From Candidatus Dormiibacterota bacterium (lineage in GTDB: Bacteria; Chloroflexota; Dormibacteria; Aeolococcales; Aeolococcaceae), in NCBI GenBank assembly GCA_963823765.1, contig CAWGML010000001.1:131642-195641 (forward strand): 64,000 bases of DNA. The letters are read 5' to 3'. Below the pieces are notes generated by a model. The model saw only the letters and a list, made by a program, of their open reading frames with translations, was not told where the DNA came from and ran no database searches. Position numbers and translations under genes: made by a program. How positions within the stretch are numbered: position 1 is the first letter of the stretch; every line of letters begins with the position of its first letter. Below, piece after piece: positions 47,273 through 57,010 of the stretch.

Positions 47273-49033
47273 ATGAGCACCGACATGCGCGACACGGCGG
47301 CGGCGGTCGAGGAGCGGGCCGACTGGAGGCCCGGCATCGACGCCGACGTTGCGGAGCTCACGAAGCACAAGGACGATTGGGCGCGCCTGCCGATCCCGGC
47401 CAAGGTCAACCACCTGCGCGCGGTGGCCCGTAAGACGGCGGCGCAGGCACCGAGGTGGGTGCGCGCGGCCTGCCGAGCCAAGGGGCTGGACCCCGATTCA
47501 CCGCTGGCCGGCGAGGAGTGGAGCTCCGGGCCCTGGGCGCTCCTGTTCGGCGTCAACCGGCTCATCGAGACCCTGGAGGACGTCGCGCGGACGGGCAGCC
47601 CGAAGCTGCGCAAAGGCAGCGTGCACACCAGGCCGGACGGCCAGGTCGTCGTCGACGTCTTCCCGCAGAGCGCTTGGGACCGGCTCCTGCTCAGCGGCGT
47701 CAGCGCGCAGGTGTGGATGCAGCCCGGCGTCACCGAGGCCAACCTCGCGGAGACGATGGCCGTCTTCTACCGGCAGGCCGACCCGGCCGGGGCGGTCGCT
47801 CTGGTCCTCGGCGCGGGCAACATCGCCAGCATTGCGCCGCTCGACGTCCTCTACAAGCTGTACGCCGAAGGCCGGGTCTGCCTGCTCAAGATGAACCCGG
47901 TCAACGACTACCTCGGCCCGGTGTTCGAGGACATCTTCGCCGACCTCGCCCGCTTCGGCTTCGTCCGTTTCGCCTACGGTGGCTCGGAGGTCGGCGAGTA
48001 CCTCACCAGGCACGACGGCATCGACGAGATCCACATCACGGGCAGCAGCCGCACCCACGACGCGATCGTGTTCGGTGGCGGCGAGGACGGTGCCGCCCGC
48101 AAGGCTGCACGGCAGCCGGTCAGCACCAAGCGGATGTCGAGCGAGCTCGGCAACGTCAGCCCGACCATCGTCGTGCCGGGCCCGTGGTCGGCACGCGACC
48201 TCGCCTTCCAGGCCGAGCATATCGCCACCCAGAAGCTGCACAACGCCGGTTTCAACTGCATCGCCTCCCAGGTGCTGATCACGGACGAGCGCTGGGCGCT
48301 GAACGATCGCCTGCTGCGCGGCGTCGCCCGGGTGCTCGCGAGCGCGAGGCAGCGCCCCGCCTACTATCCCGGCGCCGGCCGGCGGCAGGGTGACATCGCC
48401 GCCTCGCATCGCACCGCGCAGACGCTTGGCGGTGATGCCGCGGCGCCGACAACCCTGGTGACCGGACTCGACAGCGGCGACCCCGGTGAGACCTGTTTTC
48501 GCGACGAGGCGTTCGCACCGGTGCTCACCGCGACGACGATCACCGCCGCCACCATTGAGGAGTTCCTGGAGCGCGCCGTCGACTTCTGCAACGAGCGTCT
48601 CTGGGGGACGCTGGGCGCCAACATCATCATCGACCCGGCCACGGCACGACGGCACGCCGCAGCGCTTGATCGCGCGATCGCGCGTCTGCGCTACGGCTGC
48701 GTCGGCGTCAACGCTTGGACGGGGGTCGGCTTCCTGATCCCGCAGGTGAGCTGGGGTGCTTTCCCGGGGCACACGCTGGAGGACATCCAGAGCGGCGTCG
48801 GCGTGGTGCACAACAGCCTCCTCTTCGACAAGCCGCAGAAGAGCGTTGTGCGCGCGCCGTTCCGCCCGTACCCGCGCAGCCTCGCGCACCGCAACCCGAC
48901 ACTCCTGCCGAAGCCTCCCTGGTTCGTCTCCCACCGCCGCGCCAACCAGGTGACCGAGGCGCTGACGCGCTTCGAGGCCGACCACTCGGCCAGGCATGTC
49001 CCCGGTATCTTCATCGCCGCCTTGCGCGGCTGA
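47273..49033 (+). CDS. aldehyde dehydrogenase family protein (long form)
   Basis: Internal ATG. Sequence VLGAGNIASIAPLDVLYKLYAEGRVCLLKMNP, ELGNVSP, and the catalytic-Cys region NAGFNCIASQVL. There is a C-terminal extension of about 100 aa. Confidence 0.85.
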   Translation: MSTDMRDTAAAVEERADWRPGIDADVAELTKHKDDWARLPIPAKVNHLRAVARKTAAQAPRWVRAACRAKGLDPDSPLAGEEWSSGPWALLFGVNRLIETLEDVARTGSPKLRKGSVHTRPDGQVVVDVFPQSAWDRLLLSGVSAQVWMQPGVTEANLAETMAVFYRQADPAGAVALVLGAGNIASIAPLDVLYKLYAEGRVCLLKMNPVNDYLGPVFEDIFADLARFGFVRFAYGGSEVGEYLTRHDGIDEIHITGSSRTHDAIVFGGGEDGAARKAARQPVSTKRMSSELGNVSPTIVVPGPWSARDLAFQAEHIATQKLHNAGFNCIASQVLITDERWALNDRLLRGVARVLASARQRPAYYPGAGRRQGDIAASHRTAQTLGGDAAAPTTLVTGLDSGDPGETCFRDEAFAPVLTATTITAATIEEFLERAVDFCNERLWGTLGANIIIDPATARRHAAALDRAIARLRYGCVGVNAWTGVGFLIPQVSWGAFPGHTLEDIQSGVGVVHNSLLFDKPQKSVVRAPFRPYPRSLAHRNPTLLPKPPWFVSHRRANQVTEALTRFEADHSARHVPGIFIAALRG

Positions 49034-49069
49034 CCACGCCGCCCGCCGCGCAGGTGCGATGCTCGCTCC

Positions 49070-49582
49070 GTGACCGAGCGGATAGTGCCGGGCGAGCGCT
49101 TCGACGATCCTCGTGCGTGGGAGGCCGACGCTGTCGCCGGTCCACACATCTGGCGGACGCTGGGATATCGGCGCACCGACTGGCGCCCCGGGGCGACCTC
49201 GATCGAGTGGACGGCCACGCCGGAGTACTGCTTTCCCACCGCCGAAGGTCCGGTGGTGCAGGGTGGCTTGGTCACCGCTCTCCTCGACGCCGCGATGGGG
49301 GGCGCGTGCTGGACCGTCCTCAACCATGACCAGGTGTTCCTCACGGCCGACCTTCGCGTCGAGTTCCTGCGCGTGTCGCGCCCCGGCCTGTTGAGCGCGA
49401 GCGGGAGCGTCGTGCGCCGCACGCGAAGGGTGGTGTTCTGCGCCGCCGAGATGCACGACGCCGGCGGCGCGCTGCTCGCGTCCAGCCGCTGCACCCAGGT
49501 GGTGCTGCCCAACGCCGGGCCGTTCGGCCGCCATGCCGCCGCTGATGAGAGCGGAGCGCCCCCGGAGGACGCCCGTGGCTGA
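49070..49582 (+). CDS. PaaI-type hotdog-fold thioesterase
   Basis: 170 aa with a GTG start. Sequence GPVVQGGLVTALLDAAMGGACWT...LTADLRVEFLRVSRPG.LSASGSVVRRTRRVVFCAAEM. Confidence 0.8.
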   Translation: MTERIVPGERFDDPRAWEADAVAGPHIWRTLGYRRTDWRPGATSIEWTATPEYCFPTAEGPVVQGGLVTALLDAAMGGACWTVLNHDQVFLTADLRVEFLRVSRPGLLSASGSVVRRTRRVVFCAAEMHDAGGALLASSRCTQVVLPNAGPFGRHAAADESGAPPEDARG

Positions 49583-51132
49583 GTCCCTCAACCTGGCGCG
49601 CCTGGCCGAGGACGCGCTGGCACGCCTCGGGGACCACGACGCGCTCATCTTCGAGGGAGAGACCCTGCGGTCGGCCACCCTGCATGAGCGCTCTCGTCGC
49701 CTCGCCGGCGGTCTCGCCGACCTCGGGGTGTGCCCCGGCGACCGCGTCGTGGTGCTGATGGCCAACTGTCCTGAGGTGCTGATCGCCTACAACGCGATCT
49801 GGCGTGCCGGCGCGGTGGTCACCCCGGTGGTGTTCCTCGTGACCGTGTCGGAGCTCGCCCACATCCTCGTCGACTCGGCGGCGGTGGCCATCATCACCAC
49901 GCCGGAGCTGATCACCACCGCGGTCGGCGCCGCGGCCACCGCGCCGGGGCTGCGGCACATCATCATCGCCGGCGACCACGGCGCCGGCGCAGACGGCGAC
50001 GCGCGGGTCGTCGATTTCAGCCAGGTCGAGCTGGCGGAGGTCGCGCCCGTTGGTGGCGCGTGCGGACGAGGGCCTCGCAGCCCTGATGTACACCGGCGGA
50101 ACGACGGGCAGGGCCAAGGGTGTTGCCCTCAGCCATCGCAACCTGTGGAAGACGGGACGGAGCGCGTGGGAGACCTCGCACGTGCCCGGTCTCACCCGGG
50201 TGATCACCCCGCTGCCCCTCTCACACGCATACGGCATGATCGTCACGATCATCGGGATGCACGTCGACGAGCCGGGACTCGCCGTCATCCAGCGCTGGTT
50301 CAACGCTGCTGAATGGATCTCCTTGTGCGAGCGTCACCGCTGCGAACGGTCCGCTCTGGTGCCGGCGATGGCGCAGATGCTGCTCGCGGAACCGCTCGAG
50401 GACGCGGCGCTGGACTCCCTGCGCTACGTCACCAGCGGCGCCGCGCCGCTGGCCCTCGACGTCCTCCGTGAGTTCGAGCGCAGGATCCCGTCGGCGGAGA
50501 TCCTCGAGGGCTATGGCTGCACCGAGACCTCTGCGGTGATCTCGTCGAACCCGCCGGGGAAACGCCGGGTCGGCAGCGTCGGCGTGCCGATACGCGGTTG
50601 CGCGGTGAGCATCGTCGATGAGCACGACCGCGTGCTGCAGAGCGGAGAGGACGGCGAGATCTGCGTCGAGAGCCCGGGCGTCATGACCGGCTACTGGAAC
50701 GCCCCCGAGGAGACGGCGGACGCGCTGCGCGGCGGATGGCTGCACACCGGAGACATCGGCCACCTCGACCCGGACGGCTACCTCCACGTCGTGGACCGCA
50801 AGAAGGACCTCATCCTCCGCGGTGGCTTCAACGTCTTTCCACGCGACGTGGAGGACGTGCTCCTGGCCCACGGCGACGTGGCCATGGCAGGCGTGGTCGG
50901 CCGGCCCGACCCGCGCCTCGGCGAGGAGGTGGTCGCGTTCGTCAGCCTCCGCGCCGGGGCGTCGGTGACGTCCGATGAGCTCATCGCTCACGCCCGCGCC
51001 CGGCTGTCCGCCACCAAGTCGCCACGGGAGATCGTCCTGGTGGACAGCATCCCGCTGACGAGCGTCGGCAAGCTGGATCGCAAGGCGCTGCGTGCCCTGC
51101 TGGCGGCCCGCCCGTCCGCCGGCGACCGGTGA
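49575..51132 (+). CDS. acyl-CoA synthetase (AMP-binding family); frame broken near 50045-50050
   Basis: The GTG start overlaps the upstream stop. The N-terminus is in ORF 49533..50312 up to ..VELAEVAP. The rest is in ORF 50050..51132 with LMYTGGTTGRAKGV, GYGCTETS, TGDIGHLDPDGYLHVVDRKKD and GKLDRKALR. Confidence 0.85.
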
Positions 51133-51148
51133 GGTAGGCTGCGCTCCC

Positions 51149-52282
51149 GTGGACCTGAGCCTCACGCCCTCGGAGCTGCGATTCCGCGACGAGGTGCGCG
51201 CGTGGCTGGCCGAGCATCCCCCGGGTCCGGAACCCGAGGGGGCCGAGAACATCGTCGACTTCAGGCTGCGCTGGCAGCGCACTCTCTACGACGCCGGGTA
51301 CGTGGGCATCTCGTGGCCGCGCGAGCACGGCGGTCGCGGCGCCACGCTCATGGAACAGGCCATCTTCAACGAGGAGATGGTGCGCGCCAAGGCCCCGCCG
51401 CCGGCGAACATCCTCGGACTGGTCATGGGCGGGCCGGTCATCATCACGCACGGCAGTGACCAGCAGAGGGCCCGTTTCCTCGCTCCGATCCTCAACGGTG
51501 ACGAGGTGTGGTGCCAGGGGTTCAGCGAGCCCAACGCCGGCAGTGACCTTGCCGCGCTGACCACGTCCGCGGTCCACCACGACGGTGTTTGGAAGGTCAA
51601 CGGCCAGAAGGTCTGGACGTCGTTCGCGCACCGCGCCAAGTGGTGCATGTTGCTCGCCAGGAGCGGCGGCGATGAGCGTCACCACAACCTCACGTACTTC
51701 ATCTGTGACATGAAGCAGCCGGGGGTGGAGGTGCGCCCGCTGCGCCAGGCGACCGGTGACTTGGAGTTCAACGAGATCTTCTTCAACGACGCCGTCGTTC
51801 CCGACGAGAACGTCGTGGGAGCCGTCGGTGACGGCTGGAAGGTTGCCATCACCACCCTGATGTTCGAGCGTGCCGGTCTCAGCGCGGCATCGGCGCTGGC
51901 CATCCAGCTGCAGCTCGAGGAGCTGGCCACGCTGATCCGCGATCGCGGCCGCCAGGACGACGCGGTGATCCGCCGCCGCCTCAGCCAGCTGGTTGTCGAC
52001 ACCGAGACCATGCGCCTCAACGGGTTCCGTGGCCTGTCGCGCACGATCGAGCGGGGCGTACCCGGGCCGGAGGGCTCCATCGCCAAGGTCCAGTGGGCCG
52101 ACATCAACCAACGGCTCGGTGAGCTGGCTCTCGACGTGCTCGGGGCTGACGGGATCGCGGTGGACCCGGTGTGGACGCGACGCATGCTGCGAGCGCGCGC
52201 CAACTCGATCGAGGGCGGCACCAGCGAGATCCAGCGCAACATACTCGCGGAGCGGGTCCTCCAGCTTCCGCGGATGCGCTGA
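51149..52282 (+). CDS. acyl-CoA dehydrogenase (catalytic-type subunit)
   Basis: GTG start. Sequence WCQGFSEPNAGSDLAALTTSAV, GQKVWTSFA, and the C-terminal SIEGGTSEIQRNILAERVL, where the Glu-Gly-Thr catalytic-base region is present. Confidence 0.9.
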   Translation: MDLSLTPSELRFRDEVRAWLAEHPPGPEPEGAENIVDFRLRWQRTLYDAGYVGISWPREHGGRGATLMEQAIFNEEMVRAKAPPPANILGLVMGGPVIITHGSDQQRARFLAPILNGDEVWCQGFSEPNAGSDLAALTTSAVHHDGVWKVNGQKVWTSFAHRAKWCMLLARSGGDERHHNLTYFICDMKQPGVEVRPLRQATGDLEFNEIFFNDAVVPDENVVGAVGDGWKVAITTLMFERAGLSAASALAIQLQLEELATLIRDRGRQDDAVIRRRLSQLVVDTETMRLNGFRGLSRTIERGVPGPEGSIAKVQWADINQRLGELALDVLGADGIAVDPVWTRRMLRARANSIEGGTSEIQRNILAERVLQLPRMR

Positions 52283-52291
52283 GAGCACGCG

Positions 52292-53305
52292 GTGCGCTTC
52301 GACCTCACCGACGACCAGCGCGCGGTGCGCGACGCCATCGACGAGCTGTGCCGCGCCCGTTGGGACTCCGCCGCGCTGCGCCGCCACCTCGACGGCCAGG
52401 ACGACGGCGCATCGCTCTGGCGTGAGCTGACCGCCGCCGGGTGGACCGGCGCGACGGTCCCCGAGGAGTACGGCGGCCAGGGACTGGGCAGCATCGAGCT
52501 GTCGCTGGTGAGCGAGGGCCTGGGTCGCGCGCTGGCGCCGTCGAGGTTCTTCGGCAACGCGGCCGCCGGGCTGCTCGTCGAGGCCGCCGGGAGCGAGGAG
52601 CAGCGTCGCCAATGGCTGCCGGGGTTCGCCAGCGGGGAGGCGCGAGGCGCCGTCGGGGCGCTGCACCCGGATGGCACCGCGTTGGCGTACGACGTCGAGG
52701 ATGCCGCTGCGGTCGTCCTGGTGGGAGACGGCCGCGCGATGATCGCGAGCACCGCCGACTGCCGCACGGAGGCCGTCGAGGGCCTGGACATCACCCGGCG
52801 TCTGTCACGCGTGACGGCCAGCGAGTCCGACGAGCTCGGTGGCGACGTCGCCACCGCCGTCGACCGGGTGGAGGTCGCCCTCAGCGCCGAGCTCGTCGGC
52901 GTGGCGAGCCGCGCCATGGACCTGTCGGTGGAGCACGCGCGCACCAGGCAGCAGTTCGGACGTCCCATCGGCGCCTACCAGGCGGTGTCGCATCGTTGCG
53001 CGGACATGCTGATCGACGTGGAGAGTGCGCGGAGCGCGGTTCTCTGCGCGGCGTGGACCGCGGACAACGACCCCGCGGCGCTCCCCTTCGCCGCGTCGGT
53101 CGCCAAGGTGGCTGCCGCGCAGGGCGCCTGGCGGGTGACCACGTCGGCGCTGCAGGTGCATGGCGGCATCGGGTTCACGTGGGAGCACGATTGCCACCTG
53201 CTGCTGCGGCGTGCCGCCGCCTCAGGTCGCCTGCTCGGCAGCGTCGACTTCCACCTCGACCGGGTGTCGAGGTTGCGGGGATTGAACACCGAGAAGGCAG
53301 GCTGA
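52292..53305 (+). CDS. acyl-CoA dehydrogenase family protein (shorter partner subunit)
   Basis: 337 aa with a GTG start 10 nt after the previous stop. ACAD fold sequence: RQQFGRPIGAYQAVSHRCADMLIDVESARSAV, ALQVHGGIGFTWEHDCHLLLRRA. It ends before the usual catalytic-base segment. Confidence 0.85.
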   Translation: MRFDLTDDQRAVRDAIDELCRARWDSAALRRHLDGQDDGASLWRELTAAGWTGATVPEEYGGQGLGSIELSLVSEGLGRALAPSRFFGNAAAGLLVEAAGSEEQRRQWLPGFASGEARGAVGALHPDGTALAYDVEDAAAVVLVGDGRAMIASTADCRTEAVEGLDITRRLSRVTASESDELGGDVATAVDRVEVALSAELVGVASRAMDLSVEHARTRQQFGRPIGAYQAVSHRCADMLIDVESARSAVLCAAWTADNDPAALPFAASVAKVAAAQGAWRVTTSALQVHGGIGFTWEHDCHLLLRRAAASGRLLGSVDFHLDRVSRLRGLNTEKAG

Positions 53306-53308
53306 ACC

Positions 53309-53713
53309 GTGCTGCTGGGACAGGAGCACGTCGCGCGCTACCTCGCCACCGACGGCGCTGAGGGCCACGACTGGCGCAATGGCGCCTCCATTCTGATCCT
53401 CACCACGACAGGTCGCCGCTCGGGCCTGTCACGCAGCACGCCACTCATCTATGGGCGTGACGGCGATGCGTACCTCGTGGTGGGCTCCCAGGGCGGCGCG
53501 CCGAAGGCACCGGCGTGGTACCACAACCTCCAGGCAGACCCGGAGGTCACCGTGCAGGTGCGCGGTGACCGCTTCAGAGCCCGCGCGCGCACCGCCGACG
53601 GCGACGAGAAGGTGCGCCTGTGGAAGACGATGACGTCGATCTGGCCCGACTACGACAAGTACCAGGCCAAGACCGAACGAACCATTCCCGTGGTGGTGTT
53701 GGAGCGCGTCTGA
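53309..53713 (+). CDS. deazaflavin (F420)-dependent nitroreductase family protein (DDN-type)
   Basis: 134 aa reading ILILTTTGRRSGLSRSTPLIYGRDGDAYLVVGSQGGAPKAPAWYHNLQADPEVTVQV...IWPDYDKYQAKTERTIPVVVLE. Confidence 0.85.
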   Translation: MLLGQEHVARYLATDGAEGHDWRNGASILILTTTGRRSGLSRSTPLIYGRDGDAYLVVGSQGGAPKAPAWYHNLQADPEVTVQVRGDRFRARARTADGDEKVRLWKTMTSIWPDYDKYQAKTERTIPVVVLERV

Positions 53714-53770
53714 CCGGCCGGCACCAGGGCGCGCAACCGCGACGCCACCCCTCGCAGCCGCGCCTCCCGG

Positions 53771-54679
53771 CTACTGCTGTTGCTGCTGCTGCTGCCAGTG
53801 CACCGCGGCGCCGCGCTGCACGGTCTCCACCTGCTGCTGTGAGATCCGTGTGATGCGCACCAGCACCTCTGGCGGTGCGCCCTCCGAGGTGCCGTAGAAG
53901 AGGCCGCGGTGCGGCGCCACGTCGCCGTAGTCGCGGCCGGCCGCGAGGCGCAGGTGGTGGGCCCCGGTGTACCCGCCATGGGTCGGGTCCAGGCCCACCC
54001 ACCGTCCATCCGCGCCGCACACCTCGGTCCAGGCGTGGGACTGGCCCTCCACGAACAGCTGGTCACCGGCAGGCCCGAGGTACCCGCTCACGTACCGCGC
54101 CGGCCACCCCGCGCCACGGACCAAGGCGAGGAAGAGATGGCTGAAGTCCTGGCAGACACCGGCTCCGCCGGCGAGGAGATCGTCGATGCTCGACTCCACG
54201 GTCGTGGCACCGCTGACGTAGCGCAGCTCCCTGGGGATGCGTTCCGCGGTCGCCAGCACGGCGTCGAAGCTGCGGTCCTCGCCGTTCCACTCGCGCCACA
54301 GCCTTCGCGTCGCCTCCGCGAGCGGCACACGCGGGCTGGGCAGCACGTACTCCAGGCGCGGGTCGCCCGCGAGAAGCTCCTCGGACCATTCCGTGAGGCG
54401 CCTGCGGCGCGGCTCGCTGTTCTCGACGACAGCGTCGACCACGAACTCGAGGACGTCGTGCGCAGAGGTCACGTCGACTCGGTGCACGTAGTTGCCGAAG
54501 TAGTCGATCCGGCTGCGCGGGACCGCCGCTGGGTTGCTGAGCAGCGAGAAGGCGAGCGTGCGCTGTGAGCCACGGTCGCGCGGCCGCATGCGCACCTCGT
54601 TGAAGGACAGCCCGACGGGTTCGGTGTAGCGCAGGGTGGTGTGGTGCCACACCGCGTACGTCAGCGACTCAGAACCCAT
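53771..54679 (-). CDS. transglutaminase-fold family protein with a C-terminal Gln7 tail
   Basis: 302 aa. The N-terminal Bact_transglu_N-like region reads YAVWHHTTLRYTEPV. The core contains GVCQDFSHLFLALVRGAGWPARYVSGY, SHAWTEV and DPTHG. The protein ends VHWQQQQQQQ. Confidence 0.85.
   Translation of the reverse strand: MGSESLTYAVWHHTTLRYTEPVGLSFNEVRMRPRDRGSQRTLAFSLLSNPAAVPRSRIDYFGNYVHRVDVTSAHDVLEFVVDAVVENSEPRRRRLTEWSEELLAGDPRLEYVLPSPRVPLAEATRRLWREWNGEDRSFDAVLATAERIPRELRYVSGATTVESSIDDLLAGGAGVCQDFSHLFLALVRGAGWPARYVSGYLGPAGDQLFVEGQSHAWTEVCGADGRWVGLDPTHGGYTGAHHLRLAAGRDYGDVAPHRGLFYGTSEGAPPEVLVRITRISQQQVETVQRGAAVHWQQQQQQQ
53774..53794 (-). repeat. (CAG/CAA)7 trinucleotide tract encoding the terminal Gln7
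   Basis: The plus strand reads ctgctgttgctgctgctgctg immediately after the stop complement cta at 53771-53773. Confidence 0.9.
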
Positions 54680-56091
54680 GTGTCCTTGCTGCCTCCGCCC
54701 TGCGAGGAGTTGACCACCAGGGTCTGAGAGTTGGGAGCGACGCGGGTGAGGCCGCCGGGCGTGATCCAGGGCCGTTCGTCGAGCAGCACGAAGGGACGGA
54801 GGTCAACGGCGCGCGGCTCCAGCCCCCCGTCGGCACGCAGACAGATCGCCCTGCTCAGCTCCACCTCCTCCTGGGCGAGCCACTGACGCGGCGACGCCTC
54901 GATCCTGGCGATCAGCGTGGCGCGCTCGGCGGTCCCGACGAGGCGGCCGAAGTGGATGTCGTAGCCGCCGCTCGCATCCACAGGCTTGAGAACCATGGTG
55001 TCGAAGTGGGCGATGACGTGCGCGAGCTGCACGCGGTCGGCGAGGTCGAACGTCGGCACGTTGTCGATGAGCGGCTCCTCGCCCAGGTAGTAGCGAATCA
55101 TGGCCGGGACGTACGGGTAGATGGCCTTGTCATCGGCGACACCGGTGCCCGGCGCGTTGGCGATGGCCACGTTGCCGCGACGCCATGCCTCGATGATGCC
55201 CGGTGCGCCGAGCATCGACTCACTGCGGAACACGAGCGGGTCGAGCCATTCGCTGTTGACGCGCGAGTAGATGACGTCCACCCGCTGGATGTTGCCGTCG
55301 TCGTCGCGGCGGTACACCTCGTCCTCGGAGACGATCAGGTCGTGGCCCTCGACCAGGGTCGCGCCCATCTCCTCGGCGAGCAGCTTGTGCTCGTAGTAGG
55401 CGGCGTTGTAGGGGCCCGGCGTGAGCACCGCGATGGACGCCTCCCAGGGGCGCGGCGCGATCCGCTGCAGGATGCGGCACAGTCGCTTGGTGTACTCGTC
55501 GATGCGCCGCACCGCGTTGGTGGCGAACCATTCCGGCGCCACCTTCTCCATGGCTCGGCGAGCCTCGAGCGCGTAGGCGACGCCGCTCGGCACCCTGACG
55601 TTGTCCTCGAGCACGCGGAAGGTGCCGTGCACGCGCACCACGTCGATGCCGGCGACGTGGCACCAGGTGGACCGCGGTGGCCGGACACCGACGATGTCTC
55701 GCAGGTAGCCCGTGCTGCTGTAGACCAACCTACCCGGCACCACCCCGTGCCTGAGCGCGCGCTGTGCCCCGTAACAGTCGGAGACGAAATGGTCGAGCGC
55801 CATCGCCCGCTGCGACAGTGCGCGGTGCACGTTGCGCCATTCCGACGCGCCGATGACGCGGGGGATCGGGTCGAAGGGAAAGATCGGCGCCGTCCCGTCG
55901 GCGGGGATCCCGAAGGTGACGTCGCGCTCCGCGAACCACCGCTGCGCGCCCTTGCGGATCCTGGGAAGCTCACCCGGCGCGCGGATCACGGCGCCGAGCA
56001 GCTCGACGTACGGTCTGCGCGCAGTCCCATCAGCGGCCACGCATTCGTCGGCGCCGATCGGAAGGGTCGCCGGCGACTGCATCTGCGCCAT
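54661..56091 (-). CDS. circularly permuted type-2 ATP-grasp protein (amidoligase-like)
   Basis: 476 aa. Family-typical segments: RPYVELL, VTFGIPADG.APIFPFDPIPRVI, RVDVIYSRVN, GNVAIANAPGTGVADDKAIYPYVPAMIRYYLGEEP. Its 3' end overlaps the downstream transglutaminase start by 19 nt. Confidence 0.85.
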   Translation of the reverse strand: MAQMQSPATLPIGADECVAADGTARRPYVELLGAVIRAPGELPRIRKGAQRWFAERDVTFGIPADGTAPIFPFDPIPRVIGASEWRNVHRALSQRAMALDHFVSDCYGAQRALRHGVVPGRLVYSSTGYLRDIVGVRPPRSTWCHVAGIDVVRVHGTFRVLEDNVRVPSGVAYALEARRAMEKVAPEWFATNAVRRIDEYTKRLCRILQRIAPRPWEASIAVLTPGPYNAAYYEHKLLAEEMGATLVEGHDLIVSEDEVYRRDDDGNIQRVDVIYSRVNSEWLDPLVFRSESMLGAPGIIEAWRRGNVAIANAPGTGVADDKAIYPYVPAMIRYYLGEEPLIDNVPTFDLADRVQLAHVIAHFDTMVLKPVDASGGYDIHFGRLVGTAERATLIARIEASPRQWLAQEEVELSRAICLRADGGLEPRAVDLRPFVLLDERPWITPGGLTRVAPNSQTLVVNSSQGGGSKDTWVLSR

Positions 56092-56128
56092 AGCGGTGCA
56101 GACTACTCTCTGGCGCTAGACTGCCAGC

Positions 56129-57010
56129 GTGTCGGAGGATTCCCGCCGCCGGGTGCGTGTCGGCTGCGAGTTCGTCCACGAGCTCAGGTGGCCGGTCGCG
56201 TTCGTCCTGCAGGTGGAGCCGCGCGCCGATGCTGTCGTGGCGGTCGCGCAGTCGCATCTCGAGACGTATCCCGCCGTGCCCATGCACGGCTACACCGACC
56301 TCTACGGCAACGTCTGCAGGCGCCTGACGCTGGGGCCGGGCCGCACCCGCATCCGCTACGAGGCCGAGGTGGAGGTGGACGGGGCGATCGACGACGCCGA
56401 CCCCGCCGCGTCCCAGGGCTCGGTCGCCGACCTGCCCGACGACGTCCTGCATTTCACGCTGGCCAGCCGGTACTGCGATTCCGATCGCCTCTCCAACACC
56501 GCGTGGGCGCTCTTCGGCGGCGTGCCCGAGGGCTGGAGTCGCGTGCAGGCGGTCATCGACTGGGTGCACGGCAACGTCACCTTCGCCACAGGCAGCAGCG
56601 ATACGGGCACCGGCGCCACCGACGTCTACGTCGAGCGCCGCGGCGTGTGCCGCGACTTCACGCAGCTGGCCATCGCCTTCCTGCGTGGGCTCAACGTGCC
56701 GGCGCGGTACTGCTTCGGCTACCTGCCCGACATCGACGCGCCTGTGGTGCCGGAGCCGATGGACTTCGCTGCCTGGTTGGAGGCATACGTGGGTGGACGC
56801 TGGTACACGTTCGACCCGCGCAACAACCAGCGCAGGACGGGACGCGTGGTCATCGGGCGTGGACGCGATGCCCTGGACGTCGCCATGCTGACAAGCTACG
56901 GGCGCGCCCCCCTCGAGGCGATGCGCGTGGTCGCCGAGCCCGTGAGCGCCTCACCGTGGTCGAGCGCGTACCCGCCGGTGCGGGGCGAGTTCGACGAGGC
57001 TGCGTCGTGA
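56129..57010 (+). CDS. transglutaminase-fold family protein
   Basis: 293 aa with a GTG start. The core contains GVCRDFTQLAIAFLRGLNVPARYCFGY, FAAWLEAYVGGRWYTFDPRN and GRVVIGRGRDALDVA. Confidence 0.85.
   Translation: MSEDSRRRVRVGCEFVHELRWPVAFVLQVEPRADAVVAVAQSHLETYPAVPMHGYTDLYGNVCRRLTLGPGRTRIRYEAEVEVDGAIDDADPAASQGSVADLPDDVLHFTLASRYCDSDRLSNTAWALFGGVPEGWSRVQAVIDWVHGNVTFATGSSDTGTGATDVYVERRGVCRDFTQLAIAFLRGLNVPARYCFGYLPDIDAPVVPEPMDFAAWLEAYVGGRWYTFDPRNNQRRTGRVVIGRGRDALDVAMLTSYGRAPLEAMRVVAEPVSASPWSSAYPPVRGEFDEAAS

Noticed and set aside
47498-49765. 755-aa ORF on the minus strand
   Set aside because: It is antisense to the aldehyde dehydrogenase, thioesterase and ligase genes, all of which show clear family motifs. 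The antisense product is Arg/Ala/Gly-rich and featureless.
50981-52968. Two long minus-strand ORFs (561 aa and 429 aa)
   Set aside because: Both are antisense to the two acyl-CoA dehydrogenase genes. The sense-strand products carry unmistakable ACAD motifs and the antisense ones carry none.
54952-57006. N-terminal two thirds of the 998-aa plus-strand ORF 54952..57948
   Set aside because: This part is antisense to the ATP-grasp gene and out of frame with the transglutaminase gene at 56129-57010. Only the segment from the GTG at 57007 shows transglutaminase motifs.
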